Position numbers and translations under genes: made by a program | Notes under the pieces: generated by a model | What the model saw: the letters and a program-made list of their open reading frames with translations, nothing else | Database searches by the model: none | What the model was told of the DNA's origin: nothing | Shown here: positions 18,150-28,772 of the stretch, one piece after another | How the letters are laid out: the number at the start of each line of letters is the position of its first letter | How positions within the stretch are numbered: position 1 is the first letter of the stretch | NCBI GenBank assembly: GCA_041287245.1 | Contig: JBEULP010000117.1 | Span: 96,001 to 160,000 of the forward strand | Source of the DNA: Infirmifilum sp. | Lineage (GTDB): Archaea; Thermoproteota; Thermoprotei; Thermofilales; Thermofilaceae | Length of the DNA stretch: 64,000 nt | Direction of reading: 5' to 3'

Positions 18150-19112
18150 ATGTCTGAAGTAGTAAGAGTGGAGAACGTTAAAAAACACTTCCGAGTTAGA
18201 GGTTCTCTATTTAAAACCCTTAAAGCAGTTGACGGCGTCAGCTTTACAATACATGAAGGTGAAACCCTTGGTCTCGTGGGAGAGAGTGGTTGCGGAAAAT
18301 CAACTCTTGGAAGGGTTGTAATACGCCTCCTGGAGCCTACTAGCGGGAAAATATTCTTTAAGGGCAAGGACGTAACAACCTTAAAAGGCGAGAACCTCAA
18401 AAAGTTTCATCGAGAAGCTCAGATAGTGTTCCAAGATCCGAATACATCGTTAAACCCCCGATTAACCATATTGGAGACTCTAACAGAGCCTCTCTATGAG
18501 CATGGAATTCCTGTATCCGATCCAGAGGAATTTATAGTAGAGCAGCTAGTAAATGTAGGCCTTGGAAAAGAGCACCTTTACCGCTACCCACACGAGCTTA
18601 GTGGTGGGCAAAGACAACGCGTCGCCATCTTAAGGGCCCTCCTTCTTAATCCCTCTTTCATAGTTCTAGACGAGCCTACCTCCTCGCTGGATGTATCAGT
18701 TCAGGCACAAATCCTAAACATTCTTAAAAGCATACAATCCGAGAGAAAGATAAGTTATCTCTTCATCTCCCATGACATGGGCGTTGTCAAATATATGAGT
18801 CACAGGATAGCTGTCATGTACCTTGGAAGAATAGTCGAAATAGCCCCCTCTGATAAGCTCTTTGAGAACCCACTCCACCCCTACACCAAATACCTCCTCA
18901 GTGCAATCCCTATACCTGATCCTAAGTATGCTCGCATGAGAAAGCGACTTGAAATAAAAGGAGAGCCCCCCTCTCCCATTGACCTGCCGTCAGGCTGCGT
19001 TTTCCATACGCGTTGTCCATTTGCTTCAGACAGGTGTAAACATGAAAGTCCGCCACTTATAGAGGTCGAGCCGGGGCACCACGTCGCATGCTGGCTTTTC
19101 TCAAAAACTTAA
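18150..19112 (+). CDS. Peptide ABC transporter ATP-binding protein (OppF)
   Basis: GESGCGKS, LSGGQ, DEPT and GCVFHTRC motifs. Confidence 0.95.
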   Translation: MSEVVRVENVKKHFRVRGSLFKTLKAVDGVSFTIHEGETLGLVGESGCGKSTLGRVVIRLLEPTSGKIFFKGKDVTTLKGENLKKFHREAQIVFQDPNTSLNPRLTILETLTEPLYEHGIPVSDPEEFIVEQLVNVGLGKEHLYRYPHELSGGQRQRVAILRALLLNPSFIVLDEPTSSLDVSVQAQILNILKSIQSERKISYLFISHDMGVVKYMSHRIAVMYLGRIVEIAPSDKLFENPLHPYTKYLLSAIPIPDPKYARMRKRLEIKGEPPSPIDLPSGCVFHTRCPFASDRCKHESPPLIEVEPGHHVACWLFSKT

Positions 19113-19194
19113 CCATGAGTGTTATCTTAATCCTTCTTTTCCTCAGGTAAGGTGCAATCTTTTAATAGGTGTTGCTAGCCTAAGGCTTGAGAAG

Positions 19195-19818
19195 ATGAGG
19201 TTTATTGCCTATTCTGATAAACTATTGTTACGTCTATCACATCTAGGTTTCACCTGGTACCCTTATGCTGGTTTTCGCTTAAAGAATGATAAGTTGCTTC
19301 TAGTAGACTGCGGAATTTCGAGCATTATGAAGGATTTGAATATTCGCATACTTTTGTCGCGAGTTATTCCTAGCAATATGGTCGTCGAGTCGGAAAAGCC
19401 TCCGCTAAGTTTAGGTATACTTTCTCATGAAGATTGTAATGAGAGGGTTCTAAGCGATCTACTCAAGAATAGAGAAACCCGTTCAGCCACAACCAGCAGT
19501 GTAAAGGTCGACACGATAGACTATCTTGCCGTAAGAATGCTAGGAGTGCCTTCGGCTCTTAGAAGACTAGAGGAGGCTTTCAAAGAATACGCACGAGAGA
19601 CCCTTCACCCCTCTAGGCTAATAGAAGGTTTAAACATGCAGAACCTAGATTATCTTGGAGTAATCTTCCAGCTACTAGCGATAGATAAGAGGAAGGGTGA
19701 GGTTTACTTTCTAGAGGGAGAGAAATATATCAGGGCGAGATTTGCCGAGAGAATTATACGGGAAAATTCAAACTTGCAAGCCTTCCTACTGGCCAACCTC
19801 AAACCGCCTACAAAATAA
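19195..19818 (+). CDS. Hypothetical protein
   Basis: 207-aa ORF filling the gap; no motif recognised. Confidence 0.6.
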   Translation: MRFIAYSDKLLLRLSHLGFTWYPYAGFRLKNDKLLLVDCGISSIMKDLNIRILLSRVIPSNMVVESEKPPLSLGILSHEDCNERVLSDLLKNRETRSATTSSVKVDTIDYLAVRMLGVPSALRRLEEAFKEYARETLHPSRLIEGLNMQNLDYLGVIFQLLAIDKRKGEVYFLEGEKYIRARFAERIIRENSNLQAFLLANLKPPTK

Positions 19819-19876
19819 TGCTTGTTCCCAGCTTCTTGAAGCGATTACCCTTTAACAAGCCTTGAAAGGAAAGTTT

Positions 19877-21319
19877 TTAGCTACTTCTCTTAGATGAGCC
19901 CCGTAGTGAATAATACACAATTAATGTGAAGGCGACGAAAACTGGTAATAAGATAAAGATGGGAACATTTCGCTCAAGAAATCTGCGTAGAGCAAGTGCC
20001 AAGTTGAACTCTTTTTTAAACACTCCCGTTTCTAACGGAACATTAGATGCCTTTACAGGGATCTCGGCGACCCTCGGATTAAACTCTACAACAGTGACAT
20101 TAGGACACGGGGTCTCTCGAACCACGCCTCTAAGTACCCTCCACCCGTAGATAGCCTTAGAATAATATGAGAGTTCATCCGTATCGTTTAAAATACTTGT
20201 CCTATTAACCTGCACTCCCCCGAATATATAATTAGTCGTCTTGTTCTCAGCTAGATCTGCAACAACTACTCCCCCCGGATAATATAGAAGTATTTCTCGT
20301 CCGGAGGTATATCCACTCAAGTCCACAGAAGGCAAAACACGGATAATCTCAAGCCTGGCTTCATTATAAGTCCACCCGCCGAGCTCATCCAAAACCAGGA
20401 GAAAATAATCCCTCCTATCCTCCACAAACACACCTGACCCGAGGATAAAGGCCCGGCCTGTTCGGCCATCCACATAAACGTTCTTGAGAAAAGTGTCGCC
20501 CAATGTAGAGTAGCCTCTCAACCACAAGAGCCCTCCCACCCTAGATATCCTGGCTGCAAATCCCTGAACCCCGCCTCCCCCCTCGCTGGTACCGACAATT
20601 ACGTAATCTCCATTTGGGCTTAGCGCGATATCCTCCCCAACATCTATTCCCGCACCTCCAATACTCATGCTAGTTTTAAGGGACAAGTTATCGTCAAGCT
20701 GCAGTAAGAGAACATCTCCCTGAGAAACATTATAAGCCCATGTCTCACCAAGCACAGCAAAGCCTGTTCCGTCTATAATAATACGCTTAGCAACATCGGG
20801 GTAGTCCACGCTACCATAACACTTCATACTCAGAATGCTACCATTTAAGCCCAGCCGGGCAACAAAGACATCAAGATCCCCCCTGATAGACCTTGGGAAA
20901 TAACCTGTTAAAACAAGGGAGTCCCTCGAGTATATTCCATCCGACAAATAAACGCTTTGTGTCCCATTTAAAAGGAAAGCCTTTAATAAGTCGCCCATAA
21001 AAAGGACAACAAGCCCTCCTGACAGGCCGCTTGCAGTCACAACAGAACCACTTATGGCTATGTTCCCATCGCTCTCCCTTACCGATAATAGCATTCCAGG
21101 CGTATCCCAGGAATAGAAGTTAGCTTTTGTGGAGGAAATAACCATAACATAGGGTACTGGTCGCAAGGCAGGACCCGAATAACCCCCCAAGTATATCTTT
21201 TGTTGAAACTGAATCGCACTTATCCCTGTAATGCTCTGTGGTTGAGCGGTAATGTAGGAGCAAGCGGCAAGAATATAAAATGCTGCTAGAAGCCCTAATC
21301 TACCTCTGCCCTTTTTCAT
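19877..21319 (-). CDS. Secreted, C-terminally anchored protein with beta-propeller-like repeats
   Basis: Signal peptide; repeats of the type D-x-(F/L)-V/L...G.....GG...D; C-terminal TM plus basic tail. Confidence 0.7.
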   Translation of the reverse strand: MKKGRGRLGLLAAFYILAACSYITAQPQSITGISAIQFQQKIYLGGYSGPALRPVPYVMVISSTKANFYSWDTPGMLLSVRESDGNIAISGSVVTASGLSGGLVVLFMGDLLKAFLLNGTQSVYLSDGIYSRDSLVLTGYFPRSIRGDLDVFVARLGLNGSILSMKCYGSVDYPDVAKRIIIDGTGFAVLGETWAYNVSQGDVLLLQLDDNLSLKTSMSIGGAGIDVGEDIALSPNGDYVIVGTSEGGGGVQGFAARISRVGGLLWLRGYSTLGDTFLKNVYVDGRTGRAFILGSGVFVEDRRDYFLLVLDELGGWTYNEARLEIIRVLPSVDLSGYTSGREILLYYPGGVVVADLAENKTTNYIFGGVQVNRTSILNDTDELSYYSKAIYGWRVLRGVVRETPCPNVTVVEFNPRVAEIPVKASNVPLETGVFKKEFNLALALRRFLERNVPIFILLPVFVAFTLIVYYSLRGSSKRSS

Positions 21320-21468
21320 AATCCACGATTGACTTTGGCGGGGAGGATTTATATTAATGGTGTAAAGATTTTTTAATTAAAACTTTACATTAGAAAGTGG
21401 TAAGATAGTGTTAAAAACTCCAGTAAGAGAAGCGAAAAATTAAAATACTTTATTCCTACTAGCTAATA

Positions 21469-24159
21469 ATGACAACCATGAAAACAAAGCTAGCATTATT
21501 AATCGTACTCATAGTGTCCCTCTCTGTCATTCTACCTCTACTAAAGGCACAACCGCAAGGCCCGTGGGTTGACGAGGTAGACTTCTTCCAAGAGGCAGAT
21601 GCTGCAAAAGTTGTAAACATGCTCAGCAAAGGCGATATGCAAATATACTTCAGTGACCTACGCGTCGACCCCACCCTCATGCAGAAGATTAAGAGTGATC
21701 CCAATCTTGCCTATACTTACTCGTATGGTCTTTACTACGATTTAACATTTAACCCGGTTGGCCCCGAGTTTCCCGCCACTGGACAACTAAACCCATTCTC
21801 AGATCCGAAGATCCGCGAGGCTATGAACTGGCTTATCGACAGGAACTATATCGCCAATGAGATAATGGGTGGACTAGCTGTACCCAAGTGGCTACCAATA
21901 GTCAACGTTTTCCCAGACTATGCGAGAATCGCTGATACGGCTAAGATGCTTGAGGCGAAATATAGCTACAACCCCGAACTGGCAAAGCAAGTGATCTTTG
22001 CGGAAATGGCTAAACTGGGCGCTACATATCAGGATGGCAAGTGGTACTACAAAGGGAAGCCAGTAGTGATAACAATTCTTATTCGTAGCGACGACCCTAA
22101 CAGGAAGCAGATTGGAGACTACGTTGCAGACCAGCTTGAAAAGCTAGGCTTTACTGTAAATAGAAAGTACGGTTCGAGCCGCGACCTTTCTCCGCTTTGG
22201 ATTAGAGGAAAACCCGCGGACGGTAAATGGAACATATACACCGGAGGGTGGATAACCACGGCAATCGAGCGTGACTCGTCGGGGAACTTCGGCTTCTTCT
22301 ACACGCCTCTAGCTAGCTACATGGGTCCGTTATGGCAAGCTTACAAGCCAGACCCGATATTCTACGAGATAGCGACGAAGCTGTGGAATGGGCAGTTCAA
22401 ATCTTTAGAAGAAAGAACTGCTCTCATGGCAAAGGCTGCAGAGCTTGCTCTCCAGGATTCAGTCCGTATATGGCTTGTAGACCAAATAGTCCCCTGGGTT
22501 TACCGTAAAGAAGTTCAATGCGCCTCAGACTTCTCTGCCGGGTTTGACAACAACCTTTGGCCGTTTACTCTACGCTATGTGGGTAAAGAGGGTGGAACCA
22601 TAAAGGCAGGTATGCGTGAGGTGCTTGTTGATCCTTGGAACCCGGTGGCCGGAACAAACTGGGTTTATGATGCGGTTCTCTTGAACGCCGTGGATGACTA
22701 TGCCTCTAGAACCAACCCGTATACTGGTCTCCCAATGGCTAATAGGCTCGTGAGCGCCGAGGTATATGTATTAAAAGGAATAGTTACGGGTAGCAGTAGC
22801 AACTGGCTTAAACTCACATTTGTAGATAAAGTGGATGTTCCACCAGATGCATGGTATGCATACGACGTTAAAAGCGGAAAGGTCATAACCTCTGGTGAGG
22901 CGGGAGTAAAGAGCGCCCAGGTAAAGATAGTAGCCAATTACGGCGACGTTCTCGGAAAGATAAAGTATCAGGATGGGACAACGATGACTCTTGCGGACTG
23001 GCTTATCGGCTGGCCTCTAACCTTCGCCCGCGTTGACCCCTCAAGCCCACTCTACGACCCATCTGCGAAGGCTGCTTTCGATCAGTGGAGGCAGCAGATG
23101 CAGGGCTGGAGAATAGTCAGTACAAGCCCACTTGTAATAGAATACTATGTTAACTACACTGCTCTCGACGCCGAGTATATAGTCTTCGGGTTTGCAGGGT
23201 GGCCATCAAACCCGTGGCACATGCTTGCCATTGGTATCAGGGCTGAGGAGAAGGGACTGCTAGCCTTCAGTGCGGACAAGGCATCAAGTATGAATGTAGA
23301 ATGGATGAATTATATCGGAGGCCCCAGCCTAGAGATACTTTCAAAGATGCTTGACGAGGCCCAGAGTGAGGGCTACATTCCGTTCAAAGCCTTCATGTCA
23401 AAGTATACTAATGCAGACGAAGCCAAGGCTAGATATGGAGCTTTGAAGAATTGGTACCAGGCGCACGGGCACTTCTACGTTGGTACAGGGCCCTTCATCC
23501 TCGACAAGGTGGACTACAACGCCCACACCGCCGTTCTTAAGGCTTACAGGGATTATACCTACAAGGCTGACCGCTGGGCATTCCTCGCCTCCCCACCGAT
23601 ACCTGAGGTCAGCGTGAAGGCTCCAGATGTTGTAGTGCCTGGCGCCCAAGCCACGTTCACTGTAAATGTGAACGTAAAGGGACAGCCGTATCCCAAGGAT
23701 CGTATAGACTTCGTGAAATACATGGTTCTGGACGCGCAGGGCAACGTCTACGCCAAGGGTGTGGCTACTGCTCAAGCCGATGGAGTATGGGTTATAACCT
23801 TGTCACCAGAGGACACAGGCAAGCTTACACCTGGAAGCTACAGAATGTTAACGATAACGCTTAGCAAGGATGTAGCTGTCCCAGCTCTGGTCGAGAAGCC
23901 GTTCACCGTTACCTCTCAGATAGCTTACTTCCAAACCCTCCTAGCGCAGACCCAGAGTGCTATAGAGTCTAAGATAGGCTCTGTCCAGGCTGGTGTCACA
24001 AACCTCAACGATCAGGTTAACTCCTTAACAACTCGGGTCAGTGGTCTTGAATCAACGGTAAACATCGCTCTGGCTGTGAGTATCCTTGGAATAATCGTTG
24101 CAGCGGCTGCACTCTACATGGCATCTAAGAAGCCCAAGACGCAGAGCACGTCGGCATAA
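21469..24159 (+). CDS. ABC transporter solute-binding protein, family 5, with C-terminal Ig-like domain, coiled coil and TM anchor
   Basis: Signal peptide, NPFSDPKIREAMNWLIDR, GTGPF and C-terminal TM; heads an opp-type operon. Confidence 0.9.
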   Translation: MTTMKTKLALLIVLIVSLSVILPLLKAQPQGPWVDEVDFFQEADAAKVVNMLSKGDMQIYFSDLRVDPTLMQKIKSDPNLAYTYSYGLYYDLTFNPVGPEFPATGQLNPFSDPKIREAMNWLIDRNYIANEIMGGLAVPKWLPIVNVFPDYARIADTAKMLEAKYSYNPELAKQVIFAEMAKLGATYQDGKWYYKGKPVVITILIRSDDPNRKQIGDYVADQLEKLGFTVNRKYGSSRDLSPLWIRGKPADGKWNIYTGGWITTAIERDSSGNFGFFYTPLASYMGPLWQAYKPDPIFYEIATKLWNGQFKSLEERTALMAKAAELALQDSVRIWLVDQIVPWVYRKEVQCASDFSAGFDNNLWPFTLRYVGKEGGTIKAGMREVLVDPWNPVAGTNWVYDAVLLNAVDDYASRTNPYTGLPMANRLVSAEVYVLKGIVTGSSSNWLKLTFVDKVDVPPDAWYAYDVKSGKVITSGEAGVKSAQVKIVANYGDVLGKIKYQDGTTMTLADWLIGWPLTFARVDPSSPLYDPSAKAAFDQWRQQMQGWRIVSTSPLVIEYYVNYTALDAEYIVFGFAGWPSNPWHMLAIGIRAEEKGLLAFSADKASSMNVEWMNYIGGPSLEILSKMLDEAQSEGYIPFKAFMSKYTNADEAKARYGALKNWYQAHGHFYVGTGPFILDKVDYNAHTAVLKAYRDYTYKADRWAFLASPPIPEVSVKAPDVVVPGAQATFTVNVNVKGQPYPKDRIDFVKYMVLDAQGNVYAKGVATAQADGVWVITLSPEDTGKLTPGSYRMLTITLSKDVAVPALVEKPFTVTSQIAYFQTLLAQTQSAIESKIGSVQAGVTNLNDQVNSLTTRVSGLESTVNIALAVSILGIIVAAAALYMASKKPKTQSTSA

Positions 24160-24173
24160 ATAAGTAATAATTT

Positions 24174-24209
24174 AAAAATAATTAATTATTTTTTCTGCGT
24201 CATTTTTCG
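24174..24209 (+). terminator. Probable terminator after the solute-binding protein gene: AT palindrome plus T tracts
   Basis: Perfect 20-bp palindrome AAAAATAATTAATTATTTTT (24174-24193) with T runs; a separate TATA (TTTATATA, about 24243) precedes the permease. Confidence 0.45.
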
Positions 24210-24286
24210 CTTATATTCTATATTTTTCTTTAGAGTAAGTCTTTTATATACCTCTGTCGAAGGTGTAACAGTAGCGTGAAAGCCGA

Positions 24287-25351
24287 ATGATCCCCTGGGG
24301 ATTCATCAAATACATTGTTAAACGGGTGGTCGTGCTTTACCTTACAGTAGTTATAGCGCTTTATGCGACTATTCTCGTAGCAAATATGGGCGGAAAGGTC
24401 GACGAGATAATAATAGGAGACATCAGGATGTCTATCGGGCAGGCAATCAGCCAGAATCCACAGTACAGGAATCTTCCCGGCGAAGAGAGAGCCAAGTTAA
24501 TAGAGCAATTGGTTCAGCAGGAAATCCATAGGCGAGGCCTCGATACTCCCTTCTTTATACGAAGCCTTATATATTTGAGGGATGCATTGACTTTAGATTT
24601 AGGTAGGGCCTTGGTTCTTAGAAGCGACACTGGTTCAATGTACGTCAAGAATATTATCTTGGAGAGGCTTCCCAATACCATTCTCTTATTCACAACGGTC
24701 ACAGTAATCAACTTCTTCTTACATTTGTTTATCGGCCTATATCTATCCAGACACTACGGAAGTCTCCTCGACAAGATAACTATAGCTCTTGCACCAACCT
24801 CTGTTATCCCAGGGTGGTTTTACGGCATTTTCCTCATACTTATATTCTACTCCTGGCTTCATGTACTGCCAGCGTCGGGGATGGTTGACGTTCCACCCCC
24901 CGAGAACCCCGTGGACTATGCCTTGAGCGTTTTGAAGCATATGATTCTCCCTATGCTTTCCTGGATTATATCTGGTTTCTTCCTTGGAATTTATAGTAAC
25001 CGTACATTCTTTTTGATTTTTTCAACAGAGGACTACGTTGAGGCTGCCAAGGCTAAGGGTCTCCCGCCTCGTGTGATAGAGACGAGGTATATTCTAAGGC
25101 CCACTTTACCACCTATTGTTACAAGCTTTGCGCTATCTCTTATAGGGTCTTGGGGTGGAGCCATGATCACTGAGACGGTTTTTGGCTGGCCGGGGTTGGG
25201 TCTTGTAACCTATAGGGCAATCTCCGCCTTTGATACTCCCGTGATTGTAGGGGTCACGGTGATATACGCGTATCTCCTGATGATTACAGTGCTGATATTA
25301 GACGTTATTTATGGGTGGCTAGACCCCCGAATAAAGGTGCAGTTTAGGTGA
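24287..25351 (+). CDS. Peptide ABC transporter permease (OppB)
   Basis: EAAKAKGL, ETVFGWPGLG and DPRI motifs. Confidence 0.93.
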   Translation: MIPWGFIKYIVKRVVVLYLTVVIALYATILVANMGGKVDEIIIGDIRMSIGQAISQNPQYRNLPGEERAKLIEQLVQQEIHRRGLDTPFFIRSLIYLRDALTLDLGRALVLRSDTGSMYVKNIILERLPNTILLFTTVTVINFFLHLFIGLYLSRHYGSLLDKITIALAPTSVIPGWFYGIFLILIFYSWLHVLPASGMVDVPPPENPVDYALSVLKHMILPMLSWIISGFFLGIYSNRTFFLIFSTEDYVEAAKAKGLPPRVIETRYILRPTLPPIVTSFALSLIGSWGGAMITETVFGWPGLGLVTYRAISAFDTPVIVGVTVIYAYLLMITVLILDVIYGWLDPRIKVQFR

Positions 25352-25356
25352 GGTGG

Positions 25357-26790
25357 ATGAGTTCAGGAGGAGGCTTTGCTGGAGCGCTGAAAAGTGTTTT
25401 TAAGGATCTACTTACGTATAAGTCAGGTTTGATAGGTATTATACTTCTATTCTTACTTATCGTGTTGTCCATCTATACCGTCATCACGATTCCCATGGAC
25501 AAAGCAATTGCAATGTGGAGGGGCCAGGAACAAATGTGGATCGAGAATCCGAGGGTTGTCCCCCCCGAATGGATTCAGATATTTGTAGGCAAGAACCTTC
25601 CGAAGACTATGAAGTTCGACTCGCGGGAGATAGGATTGAATGTAGCTAAGTCGTCAGCCCCCATCTATGGTACCAATATGAAGAAGATTCACATAGAATT
25701 TACCTTCGACTTCAATTACGATGACTTCCCATCCGAGCTTAACATCTTCTTTTCGAGTAATTTTTCTAGGCAGGAGGGGGCGCCCATCATAAGCATTACC
25801 TGGGTTAAGCCTGACGGAGAGCAAATTAACCTAGGAGAGTACTATATGAGTGATAACAAATACAACTTGTATTTTGTGTCTGACTCTATCACACGTGCCT
25901 TTGTCTCGTATGTTCGACAGAAATACGGTGTCGACCCTAGTGATCTTATAACAAATATGCAGTATCTTTTTGGCAAGTTTACAAAGGAGTCTCTCCAGAC
26001 AGGTAAGATGGATGTCGAGAAGGGTACGTATAAAGTCATTATTGATGCTACTGTTTTCGGGCAGAATACCGATCTCAACTGCAGAATGATTGTCTATGGA
26101 GATGTATATGGAATAGCTGGTACTGACCACTTGAGAAGGCCTCTTGAGATCGCCCTTATGTGGGGTGCTCCCATCGCCCTAGCCTTCGGCTTAACAGCCT
26201 CTCTCATAACAACGTTCACTGAAATGATTATTGCAGCTATAAGTGGTTTTTACGGGGGTATTCTTGATAACATTATTCAAAGAATCACCGAAGTCTATAT
26301 GGTGCTACCATTCCTACCTTTCCTCGTATTGATATCTGTCTTCTATGGGTTAAATATCTGGACCCTTCTCGCCATTGTAATCGTTTTGAGTATATTTGGT
26401 CCAGGGATTAAGTCGACAAGGGCACTTGTTATGCAGATAAAAGAGTACCCCTATATCGAGGCAGCCAGGACCTACGGTGCCTCAGATTTAAGGATAATAG
26501 TTCTCTATATTATCCCGAAAATCTTGCCACCTGTTGTCCCCGGCTTAATATCAGCCGTACCTGGCTATGTTTTCCTGGAGGCGGCTCTAGCTATACTTGG
26601 GCTCGGCGACCCCTCGCTCCCGACTTGGGGCAAGGTGATAAACGATGCTTTTGAACAGGGGGCGCTCTACAAGGGCTATTACTACTGGGTCTTGGAACCT
26701 TCAGCCTTCCTCATGTTTACAGGGCTTGCCTTCGCGTTGCTAGGCTTTGCTCTTGACCGTATAGTTAATCCAAGGTTGCGAGAAATGTGA
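25357..26790 (+). CDS. Peptide ABC transporter permease (OppC) with large extracytoplasmic domain
   Basis: GTDHLRR, EAARTYGAS and NPRLR motifs; ATG 25357 preferred (ORF-track start is 25348). Confidence 0.92.
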   Translation: MSSGGGFAGALKSVFKDLLTYKSGLIGIILLFLLIVLSIYTVITIPMDKAIAMWRGQEQMWIENPRVVPPEWIQIFVGKNLPKTMKFDSREIGLNVAKSSAPIYGTNMKKIHIEFTFDFNYDDFPSELNIFFSSNFSRQEGAPIISITWVKPDGEQINLGEYYMSDNKYNLYFVSDSITRAFVSYVRQKYGVDPSDLITNMQYLFGKFTKESLQTGKMDVEKGTYKVIIDATVFGQNTDLNCRMIVYGDVYGIAGTDHLRRPLEIALMWGAPIALAFGLTASLITTFTEMIIAAISGFYGGILDNIIQRITEVYMVLPFLPFLVLISVFYGLNIWTLLAIVIVLSIFGPGIKSTRALVMQIKEYPYIEAARTYGASDLRIIVLYIIPKILPPVVPGLISAVPGYVFLEAALAILGLGDPSLPTWGKVINDAFEQGALYKGYYYWVLEPSAFLMFTGLAFALLGFALDRIVNPRLREM

Positions 26791-26805
26791 TGAGGTGGAG
26801 GGTGA

Positions 26806-27777
26806 ATGAGTGAGACGGTCTTAAACGTTAAAGATCTATACCTTTACTATAGGACTAGTAAGGGTGTTGTTAAAGCTGTTGATGGCGTAAGCTTTACCCT
26901 ACGCCGAGGAGAAACTCTGGCTATTGTCGGCGAGTCTGGTTGCGGTAAGACGTCCCTTGCCAGGGCTATTATACGCCTGCTTCCACGGAACGTAGAGAGA
27001 TTCGAGGGTACTGTAAACCTGAATGGGAATGACGTTATGCGGATGAGCGAGGAGGAGTTCAGGAGGAACGTTAGGTGGCAGAAAATATCTTATGTGTTCC
27101 AGGGTTCTCAAAACGCTTTAAACCCTGTCCTCAAGGTTGGCTTCCAGATTGCAGAGCCACTTATGGTTCACAAAGGTTTGAGCAAGGTTGAAGCCTTGGC
27201 AGAAGCTAAAAAGTATCTAAGGCTTGTCGGGATTCACGAAAGCTTTCTAGACAGATACCCATTCGAGCTGAGCGGGGGTATGAGGCAAAGGGCTGTAATA
27301 GCTATGGCACTCGTAACAAACCCAGATATAGTTATTCTCGACGAGCCCACCTCGGCTCTTGACGTTATAACGCAGGCTAACATAATGAATTTATTAAAAA
27401 GGATAAAACAGGAGATGGGTATAAGCTTTATTTTTATTACCCATGACGTACCTCTAACCAGCGAACTTGCAGATAAGGTCGCCGTGATGTATGCGGGACA
27501 GATTGTTGAGTTATCGGACGCAGAAGAGTTTTACTCTTCTCCCAAACACCCCTACAGTGAGAAGCTCATGGCTAGTGTCCCGACTCTCCGCACAGATAAG
27601 AAATTAGAGTTTATTCCAGGTACGCCCCCCAGCCTCATAACCCCACCGCCCGGCTGTCGTTTCCACCCAAGATGCCCATTTGCGTATGATCGGTGTCTCA
27701 AGGAGGATCCACCCGCCTACCAGACGGGTAAAGACTCATTTGTTAAATGTTGGCTTGTGTACGAGGGGAGGAGGTGA
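26806..27777 (+). CDS. Peptide ABC transporter ATP-binding protein (OppD)
   Basis: [13 protein letters not shown] and GCRFHPRC motifs. Confidence 0.95.
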   Translation: MSETVLNVKDLYLYYRTSKGVVKAVDGVSFTLRRGETLAIVGESGCGKTSLARAIIRLLPRNVERFEGTVNLNGNDVMRMSEEEFRRNVRWQKISYVFQGSQNALNPVLKVGFQIAEPLMVHKGLSKVEALAEAKKYLRLVGIHESFLDRYPFELSGGMRQRAVIAMALVTNPDIVILDEPTSALDVITQANIMNLLKRIKQEMGISFIFITHDVPLTSELADKVAVMYAGQIVELSDAEEFYSSPKHPYSEKLMASVPTLRTDKKLEFIPGTPPSLITPPPGCRFHPRCPFAYDRCLKEDPPAYQTGKDSFVKCWLVYEGRR

Positions 27778-27782
27778 GGCGC

Positions 27783-28772
27783 ATGAGCGAAGATAAGGTG
27801 TTGTTAAAAGCGGAAGACCTTAGGATGTGGTTTGAAGTGAGACGAGGGCTTTTCGCTGAACCTATACCTCTGCGAGCGGTGGACGGCGTTACCTTTGACC
27901 TTGAGGTTGCGGAGGCTGTATCTGTTGTCGGCGAGTCGGGTAGTGGTAAAACGACTCTGGGCAAAACAATTCTAAGATTATATAAGCCTACCGGAGGAAA
28001 GTTGTTGTATAAGGGTAAGGACATCACAAGCTTGGAAGAGAAAGAGCTGATGTGGTATAAGCGTGAGACAGGGCTTGTTCAGCAGGATCCGTATGGTGCG
28101 ATGCCTTCTTTCATGACAATCTCCAGGATCCTTGAAGAACCACTCATCATACACAAGGTAGGTACAAAGGAGGAGAGGCTCGAAACTGTCTTTAAGGCTC
28201 TTGAAGAGGTCAGGTTAACGCCTGTCGAGGATTTCGCATTCAAGTATCCTCATATGCTCAGCGGTGGACAGCTGCAGAGGGTGGCTATAGCCAGGGCCTT
28301 GATCCTGAGACCTAGCCTTGTAATCGCCGACGAGCCAGTGTCGATGTTGGACGCGTCTGTTAGGATAGAGATATTAACCTTGATGCGGGAGCTGCAAGAG
28401 AAGAGAAAAATCAGCTTCATCTATATAACTCATGACTTGTCCACGACCAGGTACTTCAGCGAGAAGATATTCATAATGTATGCGGGACACTTGATCGAGC
28501 GTGGACCTACAAGATCCGTCCTCCGAAACCCGCTTCACCCGTACACGAGGGCCTTACTGGCTGCGATTCCGGATCCAGATCCAGCAAACAGGAAGCGTTT
28601 CCGAGAGGTACCTGCTGGCGAGCCTCCAAGTCTAATTAATCCTCCACCGGGGTGTAGATTCGCACCACGATGCCCATTTGCGACTGAGAAGTGTAGACAG
28701 GAGGAGCCACCGGAGATTGAGGTTGAACCTGGACACTTCGTGAAGTGCTGGCTCTACACAGGCACAGCTTAG
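27783..28772 (+). CDS. Peptide ABC transporter ATP-binding protein (OppF)
   Basis: GESGSGKT, LSGGQ and GCRFAPRC motifs; ATG 27783 follows GGAGGTGA. Confidence 0.95.
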   Translation: MSEDKVLLKAEDLRMWFEVRRGLFAEPIPLRAVDGVTFDLEVAEAVSVVGESGSGKTTLGKTILRLYKPTGGKLLYKGKDITSLEEKELMWYKRETGLVQQDPYGAMPSFMTISRILEEPLIIHKVGTKEERLETVFKALEEVRLTPVEDFAFKYPHMLSGGQLQRVAIARALILRPSLVIADEPVSMLDASVRIEILTLMRELQEKRKISFIYITHDLSTTRYFSEKIFIMYAGHLIERGPTRSVLRNPLHPYTRALLAAIPDPDPANRKRFREVPAGEPPSLINPPPGCRFAPRCPFATEKCRQEEPPEIEVEPGHFVKCWLYTGTA

